DNA from: Antedon mediterranea
Lineage: Eukaryota; Animalia; Echinodermata
Direction of reading: 5' to 3'
Length of the DNA: 64,000 bases
Assembly: GCF_964355755.1 (NCBI RefSeq)
Contig: NC_092680.1
Span: forward strand, 13,897,045-13,961,044
Shown here: positions 53,761-64,000 of the stretch, in pieces
Numbering within the stretch: the first letter of the stretch is position 1
How the letters are laid out: each line of letters opens with the position of its first letter
The notes under the pieces: generated by a model
Told to the model about the DNA's origin: nothing
The model's database searches: none
What the model saw: the letters and a program-made list of their open reading frames with translations, nothing else
Position numbers and translations under genes: made by a program

Positions 53761-56698
53761 TTATTAGTTATCCGCTTGGTATACCAAGCGGATAACTCCT
53801 TGTTATTGTATGAGATCAACAGTTTTTTTCTGTATTATTAGTTATCCGCTTAGTAGCGGATAACTCCTTGTAATCGTCCTGTTACTTTTTTTTTTTTTTT
53901 TTTTTTTTTAGTTATCCGCTTAGTAGCGGATAACTCCTTGTAACTGTATGAAATCATCTTTTTTTTTTTTTTTCTGTATTATTCTTTCTTTCTGTCAATT
54001 TTGTGTCTCGCGTATCTCAAAAACTTGTAAACAAAACATTTTATAACTTTGTCAACATGTGGGCATTTCGCGTATTTAACATAGATCGAAAACCATATAG
54101 CAATTTAAATTGAAACTTAACAAAAGTTTAATTTATATCTTGCGCTAACTGACTGTGGGGAAAAAATGGCATGTTTCACACGAAGTTACGCGCGCACGCG
54201 CGTTTAAAATTTCAAAATGCGAAGAATCAATTTCTAATCAACTTTCTACGCGTTTCATGACATTTTGAGCATGTCAAAAATTCCCACGTGCACGCATTTT
54301 TTTACGCGCGCGGTGGCCACGTACCGTTTTTCCAGCCTTCTAGAGTAATTTTACCATTTTAAAACCATTTTTGACTTAAAATTACGTCATACGAGCACGT
54401 CGAATTGGAAAATTTTCGCGCGTTTTTGATGAAAAAGTTCCAAAATTCATGAAAATTATGCCTTTTTTTAAACAGTCATAGATTCTAAACTATGAGGTGA
54501 ACTTTTTTTTAAATTACATATTCTGGAAGTTAATGAGTTGTAGATATCGGATGATGGATCAATATGGCTAACCGGACATTGTGACGTCATCGTATGGCCA
54601 CACGAATGTAAAATATAGGATTTTTGTCTCTTTCGTTATTGCTCATCATATTCAATGGAGCGCATCACGCCTATCTGTATTCCTTTTTCTCTGAGATTTT
54701 AATATTGTCTAGGTCAATCAACTATCTTACGCATGAGTTAAAAATATTTTAATTTTTATGACGTCACCATGCCTAAAAATTTTAATTAACAGCGTCATTA
54801 ATTTCATCTTTACAGTAAATTTTAATCTGTTATAGCTCGTAAGAATAAAATGTGATAATCACGATTAAAACGTTTTCAGGAAGCTATGGGATTGTAGATA
54901 CGAAATCATGTGAACTTTTCGCCAATCAGATGTTGTGACGTCATCATATGGCCAGTTAAATAAACAAAGTCATATTTTCATCTTTTGCGTCATAGTTCAT
55001 TACATTTAAAAAAGCGCGCATTAATATTTCACGTATTCAAATTTCTTTTAAACGTTAATATGTTGTTGCTGAGATAATTTTCTTCCGAAATTACTACTGT
55101 ACGTCCTTTTGAAAATTAAAATAAAATACGGGTCCCGTAATTTCACCTACTGTATTTTACACTGTTTGTGACATGTATACAGATTATACTGTGTATACTA
55201 TATGACAGAAAATATACAGCATTCAGCACTAACAACATATCATATTCTTCAGTTCAGGTCATAATGACATAATCTTTTTCGGTGTGCAATATTCCAACGT
55301 ATGACGTGCACGTGGCGTTTGTCGTGCGGATAACTAACTCGTCAAAGTGACGAGTTTCATGTCTAGTTCTTCTTTCCATCCTTCCTTTTTGTGGATCGCG
55401 TTTCTCTAAAATGTGTAAACATAACATTTCATAACTTTGACAACATATGGGCATTTACGTGAAGTTGTGCACCTCCTATTTTTGAATGACGTCATAGTTG
55501 CGCAACGTAACTTACGCGCAATTTTATGAATTTCAATGATTGATCATAGATTAAAAACCAAAAGTCATTTAGTATTGACACTTTGACAAAATTTAAGTCA
55601 TATCAGGGGCAAACTTTCTACGGATTAAAAATGGCATGTTTCACAAGAAGTTACGCGCGCACGCGCATTTAAAATTTCAAAATGCGCAAAATTAATTTCT
55701 AATCAACTTTTTATGCGTTTCTTGTCATTTTGAGCATGTCAAAAATTCCCACGGGCGCGCAATTTTTTACGCACGCGGTCATAGTTTCTAAAGTAAACCG
55801 TGAACCGTTTATTTTTATTACAAAATCTAGAAGTTGATGAGTTGTAGATATCGGATCATGCATCGATAAGGCTAAAAAAACATTGTGACGTCATCGTATG
55901 GCCACACGAATGTAAAATATAGGATTTTTGTCTCTTTCGTTATTGCTCATCACATTCAATGGAGCGCATCACGCTTATCTGTCTTCCTTTTTCTCCTACA
56001 TTTATATATTGTGTAGGTCAATCAACTTTCTTTAGCATGAGATAAAAATATTTTAATTTTTATGACGTCATCATGCCTAAAAATTTTAATTACGTGGGTC
56101 ATTAATTTCATCTTTACAGTAAATTTTAATCTGCAATAGCTCGTAAGAATAAAATGTGATAATCACGATTAAAACGTTTTATGGAAGCTATTGGATTGTA
56201 GATACGAATTCATGTAAACATTTTGCCAATCGGATGTTGTGACGTCATCATATGGCCAGTTGAATAAAAAAAGTCGTATTTTCATATTTTGCGTAATAGT
56301 TCATCACATTTAAAAGGGTGCGCATCAATATTTTACGTATTCAAATTTCTTCTACACGTTAATATGTTGTTCCTGAGATAATTTCCTTCTGAAATTGCTA
56401 TCTAAGTGTTTCATTTTGATACCGTCGCCATGTTAAAAATTGGAATAAATGGCGGGTCCCGTAATTTCACCTATTCTACACTGTATGTAATATGTATACA
56501 GATTATACTGTTTGCATGTATATACTATATGACACAAAATTGACAGAATTCAGCACTAACAGCATATCATATTCTTCAGTTCTTGTCATAATGCCATAAT
56601 CTTTATCTGTGTGCAATATTCCAACGTAAGACGTGCACGTGGCGTTTGTCGTGGTGCGGATAACTAACTCGTCAAAGTGACGAGTTTCATGTCTAGTT
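53761..56698 (-). mobile_element. Head-to-tail array of Helentron/DINE-1-like elements, family B (period 1330 bp)
   Basis: 5' ends GCGGATAACTAACTCGTCAAAGTGACGAGTTTCATGTCTAGT end at 55367 and 56697. 3' palindrome AGTTATCCGCTTGGTATACCAAGCGGATAACT at 53766-53797, plus two shorter copies. Confidence 0.8.
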
Positions 56699-56756
56699 AG
56701 GCTTTTTCCTGTTTTTTTTAAACAATAGTATTTTCTTTCTTTTTAGACTTGTGTTA

Positions 56757-57588
56757 GGGCCTGTTCTGTTTTTGCTGAGCAGAAATAATTATTAACCGAT
56801 TATTTTTTTAATCGATTATTTTTGGGCAGCAGAAACGGCGCAAAATGAAATAACTGATTAAAAATAACCGATTAAAAACACTCAATCCATTGCGTGTTTT
56901 AACCAATTATTGCGGAGCAGTTTTGAGCTGCAACACAAATAGCGATTATTGACCACACTTTGACCTCTAGAGTATGGCAACCCTTCACAAAGCATGCTGT
57001 TTATTTGCGCGATCGACGATGATCAGCAAAACAACGATGTGAACCGATGAGATAATAACAATTAAATGTTAAACATTTGATTGTTATTATTTTGTGGGGA
57101 AGAATTATACAGAGAGACTCCAGGATTCTGCGTTACAAGTACACCATTACACCCACCAGTCCAAGCTAACGATGTTTTGCATGTCCTTTTTTAGGCCTGT
57201 TGTTTTAGCCTAGCTAGGCCCTAGAGTAAAAGCAACAGCGAAACAAACTTTTCTCGCCGAAATGCCCTTATTAATATAACATTATTCTGTTGTATGTGGT
57301 ACAGTAGTAGGCCTAGATGTTTATTTTACTATAATATAGCTTTATGTAAGAGTTCAATATTTAATCATACATGTGAGAGTTTTAGGCAGCGATAAGATGT
57401 AAACAAACCAACTCTCATCGGCCTTCCATAACTTGATGTGGGTATGGATGACGTTATTTTTAAAAAGCGATTACCAGATAACCGATTAATGTCGGAGACA
57501 AATTTTCAGTTGCAACGCGGTCAATTCTGTGGTTTGTGGTACTTGGGAAAAATCGATTAATTTTTATTTTTTCAGCAGAAACAGACCC
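56757..57588. mobile_element. PIF/Harbinger-like non-autonomous element
   Basis: TTA|GGGCCTGTT(CTGTT)TTTGCTGA ... TCAGCAGAAACAGACCC|TTA: imperfect TIR with TTA TSD. Confidence 0.7.
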
Positions 57589-58656
57589 TTAACTGCGCAT
57601 AGAGTCGACTATCTGTATTTGCGCTTTACAAATTTACAACCATTGACCATTATAATTCAAATAATTTCTTGATTTCAAAAAAGAATTTGTTTCTAGACTA
57701 GTGCATAAAAGTGTTATCAACCTTGCTTCATTTGTGCAATTTGGTACTCTTTTCCAAATATGTTCCCATTTAAAATTCATATTATTAAAACTCCCAATAT
57801 TTATGACATTTTGGAGTGGAATAAATAAAATAAATAAATATATGCTCCCTAAAGTCATTTTTTCTAACCAAAATCTTTTATTAAAAATGATAAACTAATT
57901 CTAAATAGCCACGGGTTTTTCTGACAATGTTTTCAAGATATACTGTAGCCAATTAGGCCTACATATTTAATTGTAGTACAGGCTGAAATAATCTGTTTTG
58001 AAAAAAAAAACACAATCGGGGATGCAGGTCTGACACGTGGTCGCTGCTTGCTGGAGATGTTAATCGATACCGTTGAAATTGAAGTCCCTATAGTTATGGA
58101 AGTCACTTATTTTAAAGGAAATCCACAAAACATAATGAACTTTAGTTCATTAGATTTTATATTATTTTATTTAAAATGTATTTCTGTTATACGTGATTTG
58201 AACAATTTATGCAATTTGAAATTATGAAGATGTTCTTGCACAAATGGCACAGACAATTTCGAATAGTGCATAGTATTGAATGGATTAAGCTATTTTTGTT
58301 TAAAATATTGTTCGCAGTAACTTTATAATTGTATTACTATTTTAACAAAACCCTTTAATCAAATTGATTGTTTTGATATTAAATTCGATAGTTAAAGCCG
58401 TTGAACATTATACATTTTTAAAACACATGACTCAACTCCATACTCTACATAAGAATAGTTGAACACAAAAATGGCTTCTAATCCATTCAAAGTCTTTACT
58501 CTTTCAATATATGGCTCTTTTGCTAGGTAATGAGATTACTGAGATAAGACTCTGGCAAAATCTTGTTTGAAAACCTGTCAAGTGTAATACTCTCGGCAGA
58601 TTTGGAATAATACGTAATAATGTATAACTAATTCAAATATTATTTATCAATTTTAG

Positions 58657-58713
58657 GCAACATCATCAGAAGATAGAGACACATGGATTGTAAAGATATA
58701 TGCAGTTACTATG
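58657..58713 (+). CDS. STAP1: STAP-family adaptor, exon 4 (ATSSEDRDTWIVKIYAVTM), PH C-terminal helix
   Basis: TTTTAG| to ATG|GTACGT, 57 nt, phase 0; contains the invariant PH helix Trp (E.R..W...I). Confidence 0.9.
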
Positions 58714-59377
58714 GTACGTGCATTATATTTATATTATGTAAACAAGCCTCTTTTTAGTCAGCCAAATCTGTAGCTTTTCTCACTAGCTGGCATCTTTCAC
58801 TTTTTCACAACTTCAATTAAATATGCTCAATGATATTTTACTGCTATTGTTTCTGATCTTATTCATGCATCATTATGCATTATTATTATAACCAATCATA
58901 ATGATATAATGACTATCTTTGAGTAATTGATGATTTCAAGTGCATATGCGAGAAAACTACTATGAGATCTAATGTCACAGCAGTTAATCATTGTAAAATC
59001 ATTTTCAAGATTAAAATGAACATTCATTCTGTCCTGCTGATGATTTTGTGCCTACAGTTTATCTGGATAAACAAACATGATATGGGACACTTTTAGACTA
59101 TATTATTATTATTATTGGCCCTTTTCGTAAAATGTAAAATGTATACCGAATATATTTTGCCAGAGACATTCACATATTAACAATTATTTACACTTGAAGC
59201 TTTTGTCTTTGTTTTAAATTTCCTGCTTTATAAGCAACCATTCCTGCTTTGTACCCCATAGCTTTTGGAGGCCTGCCTTTATAACTATGCCTTTTGTTTG
59301 TTAACATCTTTGATAGGCTGATTTGTTTTATTATGTAATTTTGTGACTTATATATGTTATCCTTTGTTACAATTCTC

Positions 59378-59415
59378 TTCACCTGATGATGGGCTATGCC
59401 CGAAACATATCGTAA
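59378..59415 (+). ncRNA. Degenerate minimal hammerhead motif, second Penelope-like family
   Basis: TTCAC-CTGATGA-T-GGGC-tat-GCCC-GAAA-CATA-TC^GTAA, followed by AATAAA; stems I and III imperfect. Confidence 0.5.
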
Positions 59416-59514
59416 AAATAAATGTATATTGAGGCAGTTTTAACTTATTTGATCTTGATTTTTTTCTATATCCTGCCTATGCAGCTCTTTGATTTATATA
59501 TTATATATAATATA

Positions 59515-59832
59515 ACACTTGCACTGATGAAGGGCTAGTGTTGCCCGAAAACTCTGCTAACTTTTCTGGCTGTTTACTTTATCGTTTTGATTTAGCTTTT
59601 CGCTTTTTATTTTTGTATCTCCATTGAGATCCAGCCACTGATACCCACAGCATTGTCATTTTTTTCAGTAATTTGCCTTTGGATTTATATATATATATAT
59701 ATAAATCCAAAGGCAAATGTCAATGCTGTGGGTATAAGTGGCTGGATCTCAATGGAGATACAAAAAAAAAAACGATAAAGTAAACAGCCAGAAAAGTTAG
59801 CAGAGCTTTCAGGCAACACTAGCCCTTCATCA
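59515..59832. mobile_element. Tail-to-tail inverted Penelope-like terminal repeats around (TA)n, each with a hammerhead motif
   Basis: + copy 59515-59686 begins TTGCA-CTGATGA-A-GGGC-tagtgtt-GCCC-GAAA-ACTC^TGCTAA. - copy 59703-59832 is truncated at TGATGA. Confidence 0.75.
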
Positions 59833-59844
59833 TATATATATATG

Positions 59845-59980
59845 ATATAACCAGTGTACCATGTCCTGCATACCTGGCTCAGCCTATATATTGTGCCAGT
59901 TCTGCGGTACATTTTATTTCGAAACCTGAGCTGCACTGACGAGATCTAATAAGATCGAACAGTACTGTCTGCAGATTGGA
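59845..59980 (+). mobile_element. Non-LTR retrozyme-like fragment between (TA)n tracts
   Basis: Homologous to 33457-33526 and ends in a full-stem type I hammerhead. Confidence 0.65.
59931..59974 (+). ncRNA. Type I hammerhead ribozyme (one A missing from GAAA)
   Basis: CTGCA-CTGACGA-GATCT-aata-AGATC-GA-ACAG-ta-CTGT-C^TGCAG: three fully paired stems, CUGANGA core, GUC cleavage triplet. Confidence 0.75.
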
Positions 59981-60169
59981 TATATATATATATATATTTT
60001 ATATCTCCCTGGTTGAACTGTCTTTCATTTTTTGGGCCCCTTGATTGTCAGCGTACACTGTTTCGGGTCATCCTCTAAAAATAATGTGTAATAAAAATAA
60101 ATAAATAAATAAAAAAACCAAAGGTGATTGAAGATCGTCGAAACGATACAAATTCATTTAAAAAAAAAC

Positions 60170-61260
60170 AAAAATCTGGTGATTTCAAATGTACGTACTG
60201 CAAGACTATAATACATTTCGTTTGCAGGAACGAATAAATAGACACGGTGATTTATGTAGTCAACTAAAATTAGCACCCTGATTTAAACAACAATTTGTGT
60301 TTTTTATGTAACATTAGGGTTGAGGGATTGTGAAGAGGATGAGTACAAAGAGAAACCATTTTTAAATATATCCTTTATCTGTAATGACATAATTGTTTTT
60401 ATAAATAATATACTGCACTAAACATGGTAAAACATCGATTTAATACTTTGTTGTTTTTTTGTAATTTTAAAGTACATGTAACAATGCACCACTAAAACAT
60501 TTATATTTTTTGTAATTAATAATTAATACAATTAACGTTGAGAAAAAACAGTAATAAAGTTTATTTGTATAATTATGTGTTTACCCACACACCACGCTTC
60601 AAATGGCGACAAAAAATGGTTTATGTATTTATTGTCAAAGATTTTAAGTTTATTCCCTAAGCGCCAATAAATTTACCTACTTGTGTTATACCATATATAT
60701 ATATACTGGAGAACTGAGAGACTGAAATTCGCTAAGCAATCCTTCTGTATAAATGCAGGGATGAGACTGAAAAATCCAAAAAAAGAAGAAAATACCAACC
60801 ACATCACATAAGCTGGGGAAGAGAGGCTATTGGAGTTTTGCACCTAAAAAAGAGACTTCGCCCTCACTCACCATCACCGTGCATGTGATTTTAAATTGGG
60901 TAAGCTGCGAACGATCATCATAGAGACGATGAGGCCCATTTCTTTATCGGCTCGAATGTTTGCGGTTAAAGATGAATAAGAAGTGTGAAACGTTGAATGC
61001 AAATGCACTTCCCCGACTGGAAATAAGGCATTCGTGAAGATAACCCTGCGGCCAGTTTCTTTACATAAATATTTGAACAGTTCACGGTTACTAAAACACC
61101 TACGAAAAACAAAACGACCACTTTGTTAATATACAGTAAATAGCGGCACCAACAAATGCAAGTTTGCTAGAAAAAAAATCTCATTTTATTTAAAAACCAA
61201 ACCAAATTTATATACCATCGAGTAAAATTTCTAGAACTAACGCACGATGTACCAAATTAT
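60170..61260 (+). repeat. Dispersed repeat, uninterrupted copy of the element split at 46040-46360 / 49620-50210
   Basis: Matching blocks 46047-46160 = 60171-60280, 49665-49720 = 60640-60695, and 50150-50200 = 61210-61260. Confidence 0.65.
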
Positions 61261-61535
61261 CAGGAAGATTTTCATATATTCTTACTACTAACTATCCTAA
61301 ATATGTCTACTGCTGTATTGAAATGAATTATAAATTTAACTAGCCTAGGCCTACAGTATATAATACACAATACTTGTGGGCGACATAAACACAATTTTGA
61401 ATATCAATAAACTTTTAACTAAAACCAAACATGAACAGGTACCATTCACGTCCTTGCCTCAAATTATATAGAGTTTGTGGTAGGTCCATCGCTGAGCCTT
61501 ATTCCGGTGGTCTGCAGTAGCATCATCGCCTCTTT

Positions 61536-61725
61536 GCCTAGGCTATAGGCTTGCTTGCTCCTACCCTCGCTCCTTCCTCTACTAGGCTACCTTAAGCCTA
61601 GGCTATAGGCTTGCTTGCTCCTACCCTCGCTCCTTCCTCTACTAGGCTACCTTAAGCCTAGGCTATAGGCTTGCTTGCTCCTACCCTCGCTCCTTCCTCT
61701 ACTAGGCTACCTTAAGCCTAGGCTA
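61536..61725. repeat. 60-bp tandem repeat, 3 identical copies plus a partial copy
   Basis: (GCCTAGGCTATAGGCTTGCTTGCTCCTACCCTCGCTCCTTCCTCTACTAGGCTACCTTAA)x3. Confidence 0.95.
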
Positions 61726-62559
61726 GTTACCCAGCAGCCGACCGTGGTCATGGTTGTTTTCCAAAACTCTCCAATTCACAGACACAAACAATTTTCAGAT
61801 TAATATCACTCTCCATTTTATTATATACAGTAGTTGTAAAGAAAAGTAGGTCCAGCCCCTTTGTATATATTTATGCCCGTTAAAGGTATTTTGCAATCGG
61901 AAAATTAAATGGCGTCTACAACAAAAGAAGAATTAAAAATTGATAAAATATTTTTAATATTTTTATATATATCATCTAGCATGTACGGCTGTATGCGCTA
62001 GATTGTTTACTCAAAATACTTAAAACTTCAAAACCACCATATTGTCGTCGGAAGCCAATCAAAGCTGAGCTTTCCTGCATGATTGGCATTGATCACGGTT
62101 GAATGATTTTGGATTCTGGCTATTTGATTGGTAGACGCGAATCACCCACAGCGGAATGTTTTCTCTCACATGTACCGTGAAGTCACATGGTCTGATTGTT
62201 AATACACAAGTTTAAAGCAATAAATTTGTCCGAATTCTGTTAAATAAACAACTTATATTTTACTTACAGGTAGATAGAACTTGAATAACATGTTTTATTG
62301 ATATTTTCAATGGTGATATATAAAATAAATGACTAAAAACCGTACTTTATACGAAAATTGACCTAGTTAATACAATTGTCGACTGAGGACACAAGTTGTT
62401 AAGTTCGTGGCTCAGCTAAATCCCCCGTGTCTCCAACTTAAAAATCCTGGATACGCCACTGAAAGCTCTCCTGATGAAGATCTCAGGCTATTGTCGGTTA
62501 TCCAGGTAAGAGACACCACTGTATGTACAATATCTTTATGCTATTATTAATTTCTTCAG

Positions 62560-62745
62560 GGCAGAGTACCAGAGCATATATCATTACTACCAGGCCAAAT
62601 ACAGGATGTGAACGAAATAATAGCAGCAGAAAAACAAAGACGAGATGTAGTTCAATTTGCACATCCATCAACACCAGGAACAGGAAGGAGAGTAACACCA
62701 AATGTTCCACCATCAGAAAGACCATCAGTACTCTACAATGATCCA
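62560..62745 (+). CDS. STAP1: STAP-family adaptor, exon 5 (GRVPEHISLLPGQIQDVNEIIAAEKQRR...PSVLYNDP)
   Basis: TTCTTCAG| to CCA|GTAAGT, 186 nt, phase 0. VP...SLLPGQ....E....EK.RR is the STAP signature (STAP1 [27 protein letters not shown], recalled). Confidence 0.93.
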
Positions 62746-63069
62746 GTAAGTTGCTATGACCAATGATACTAATTTTTTGTTGTGGTGTTAGAAGTTTATT
62801 TTTTTAGAAATAAAGTAATTATTAAATTATGCTAAGATGAGGGTCAATTTGATCTCTTTTGTGCATACATAAAATAAATATCTGCTGTACCACATTGAAG
62901 GTATTGAAGAGTTTCTATCTGCATCAAGCAGAAGCTTTGTTTCAGTGTTGGTGACTTTTTTCCACTCTTCCTCCTTAGAATCAATAAATTATTTAATTGT
63001 ATTCAAGGTGGTTTGGAATTGAAAGACATGTCCGTAATGATTGCTTTAAAAAGTATACTTTCTTTTCAG

Positions 63070-63330
63070 TACTTCTTCTACCCACCACACCTTAGGAAAT
63101 TAATGAACACTAAGGGGCCATCTTGGTTCTTTAACAAGCTTTCACGTGACCATGCTGAACAGATCCTGAACAAGAATACACAAGTTGGTGACCTATTAAT
63201 ACGAGAAAGTGAGACGCATCCTGGAGAGTTTTCTCTCTCTGTAAGGCAAGATTCACAAGGAAGAATTGTTGTACGCCATTACAGATTTAGAAGGCAGGGT
63301 GATGCCTACAAAATGCACATTGATGATGAG
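63070..63330 (+). CDS. STAP1: STAP-family adaptor, exon 6, SH2 domain (gene continues beyond the window)
   Basis: TTTTCAG| to GAG|GTATAG, 261 nt, phase 0. PSWFFNKLSRDHAEQIL..GDLLIRESETHPGEFSLSVRQ..VVRHYR is a clear SH2 fold lacking the final helix. Confidence 0.95.
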
Positions 63331-64000
63331 GTATAGGCTACTCCTTTGTAAAAAATATTACATCAAATTGGATAATGGTGTTATTGAGGTTTACTGTATG
63401 GTGTCAGTGGTGATGGCTGTGTATTGAGTGATGGAACTGTGGTCGTGTTTCTTTACATACTTAGTTATTGCTTTATACGCGTTCCACATCTGCATAACAA
63501 TTTTAACAAGTTGTAAACAGGTTTGATCTCACGATTTATTACACGTTTTTTATACACTAACTGTGAGAAATCTCGGGAGAAAGCATAATGGCGCGCTATT
63601 TGATTACTATGATTGGTTAGTTTACCAGTTCAATACAAGTAGTCGACCTTCTCATTTACGTACCCCTTGGTCTGAGAGAAAAAGTTCGTAAATGAGAAGG
63701 TTCGGAAAAAAGCGCCCTCTATTAAATCAGTGGTAAAAACATGTCCAAAAAATGCCCTTTGTACAACTTTACTGTGTATAGTACACTATAAAGAACAAAC
63801 AGTATTAAAAATACAGTATAAAACAATTATATTTAACATGTAAATTAACACCTTAAATGCCAAAAAGATTGATATTTCTGCTTTTTGTTATGTTACACAC
63901 ATTCTCTGTACCAAAATTCCATCGTTTACTTTTTATTGTGCATATTTTGACACAAACTGTAATTTACGAACTTGTTCCTAAAGTAATAATATCAAATCCG

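Noticed and set aside
62471-62500. Additional hammerhead at CTGATGAAGATC (also minus-strand CTGATGA near 31630)
   Set aside because: No paired stem II followed by GAAA and no stem I complement.
63013-63336. Stand-alone 107-aa SH2 gene (likewise ORF 45640-45909)
   Set aside because: The N-terminal part is intron (polypyrimidine tract plus AG) and the stop lies just past a GT donor; these are internal exons.

Overview
AT-rich, repeat-dense eukaryotic (metazoan, probably marine invertebrate; inferred from Deu-type SINE, Helentron-type and retrozyme content) genomic window; not prokaryotic. One host gene is supported: a + strand STAP1/STAP2-family adaptor (PH domain, LLPGQ helix, Pro-rich linker, SH2). 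It is split into six GT-AG, all phase-0 coding exons at 23040-63330, gives 261 aa so far, and continues past the window. Most of these exons are missed or read out of frame by the ORF track. The rest is intergenic or intronic: three minisatellites (33 bp, 31 bp over ~12 kb, 45 bp over ~3.1 kb), LINE fragments (RTE, Tx1/L1-like, L2/CR1-like), two tRNA-derived SINE families, non-autonomous TIR elements, and tandem Helentron/DINE-1-like arrays. The most unusual signal is a set of hammerhead-ribozyme motifs from three families. At two separate (TA)n tracts a Penelope-like terminal fragment sits directly next to a non-LTR-retrozyme-like sequence in the same order and orientation. All calls were made by eye; no database searches were run.
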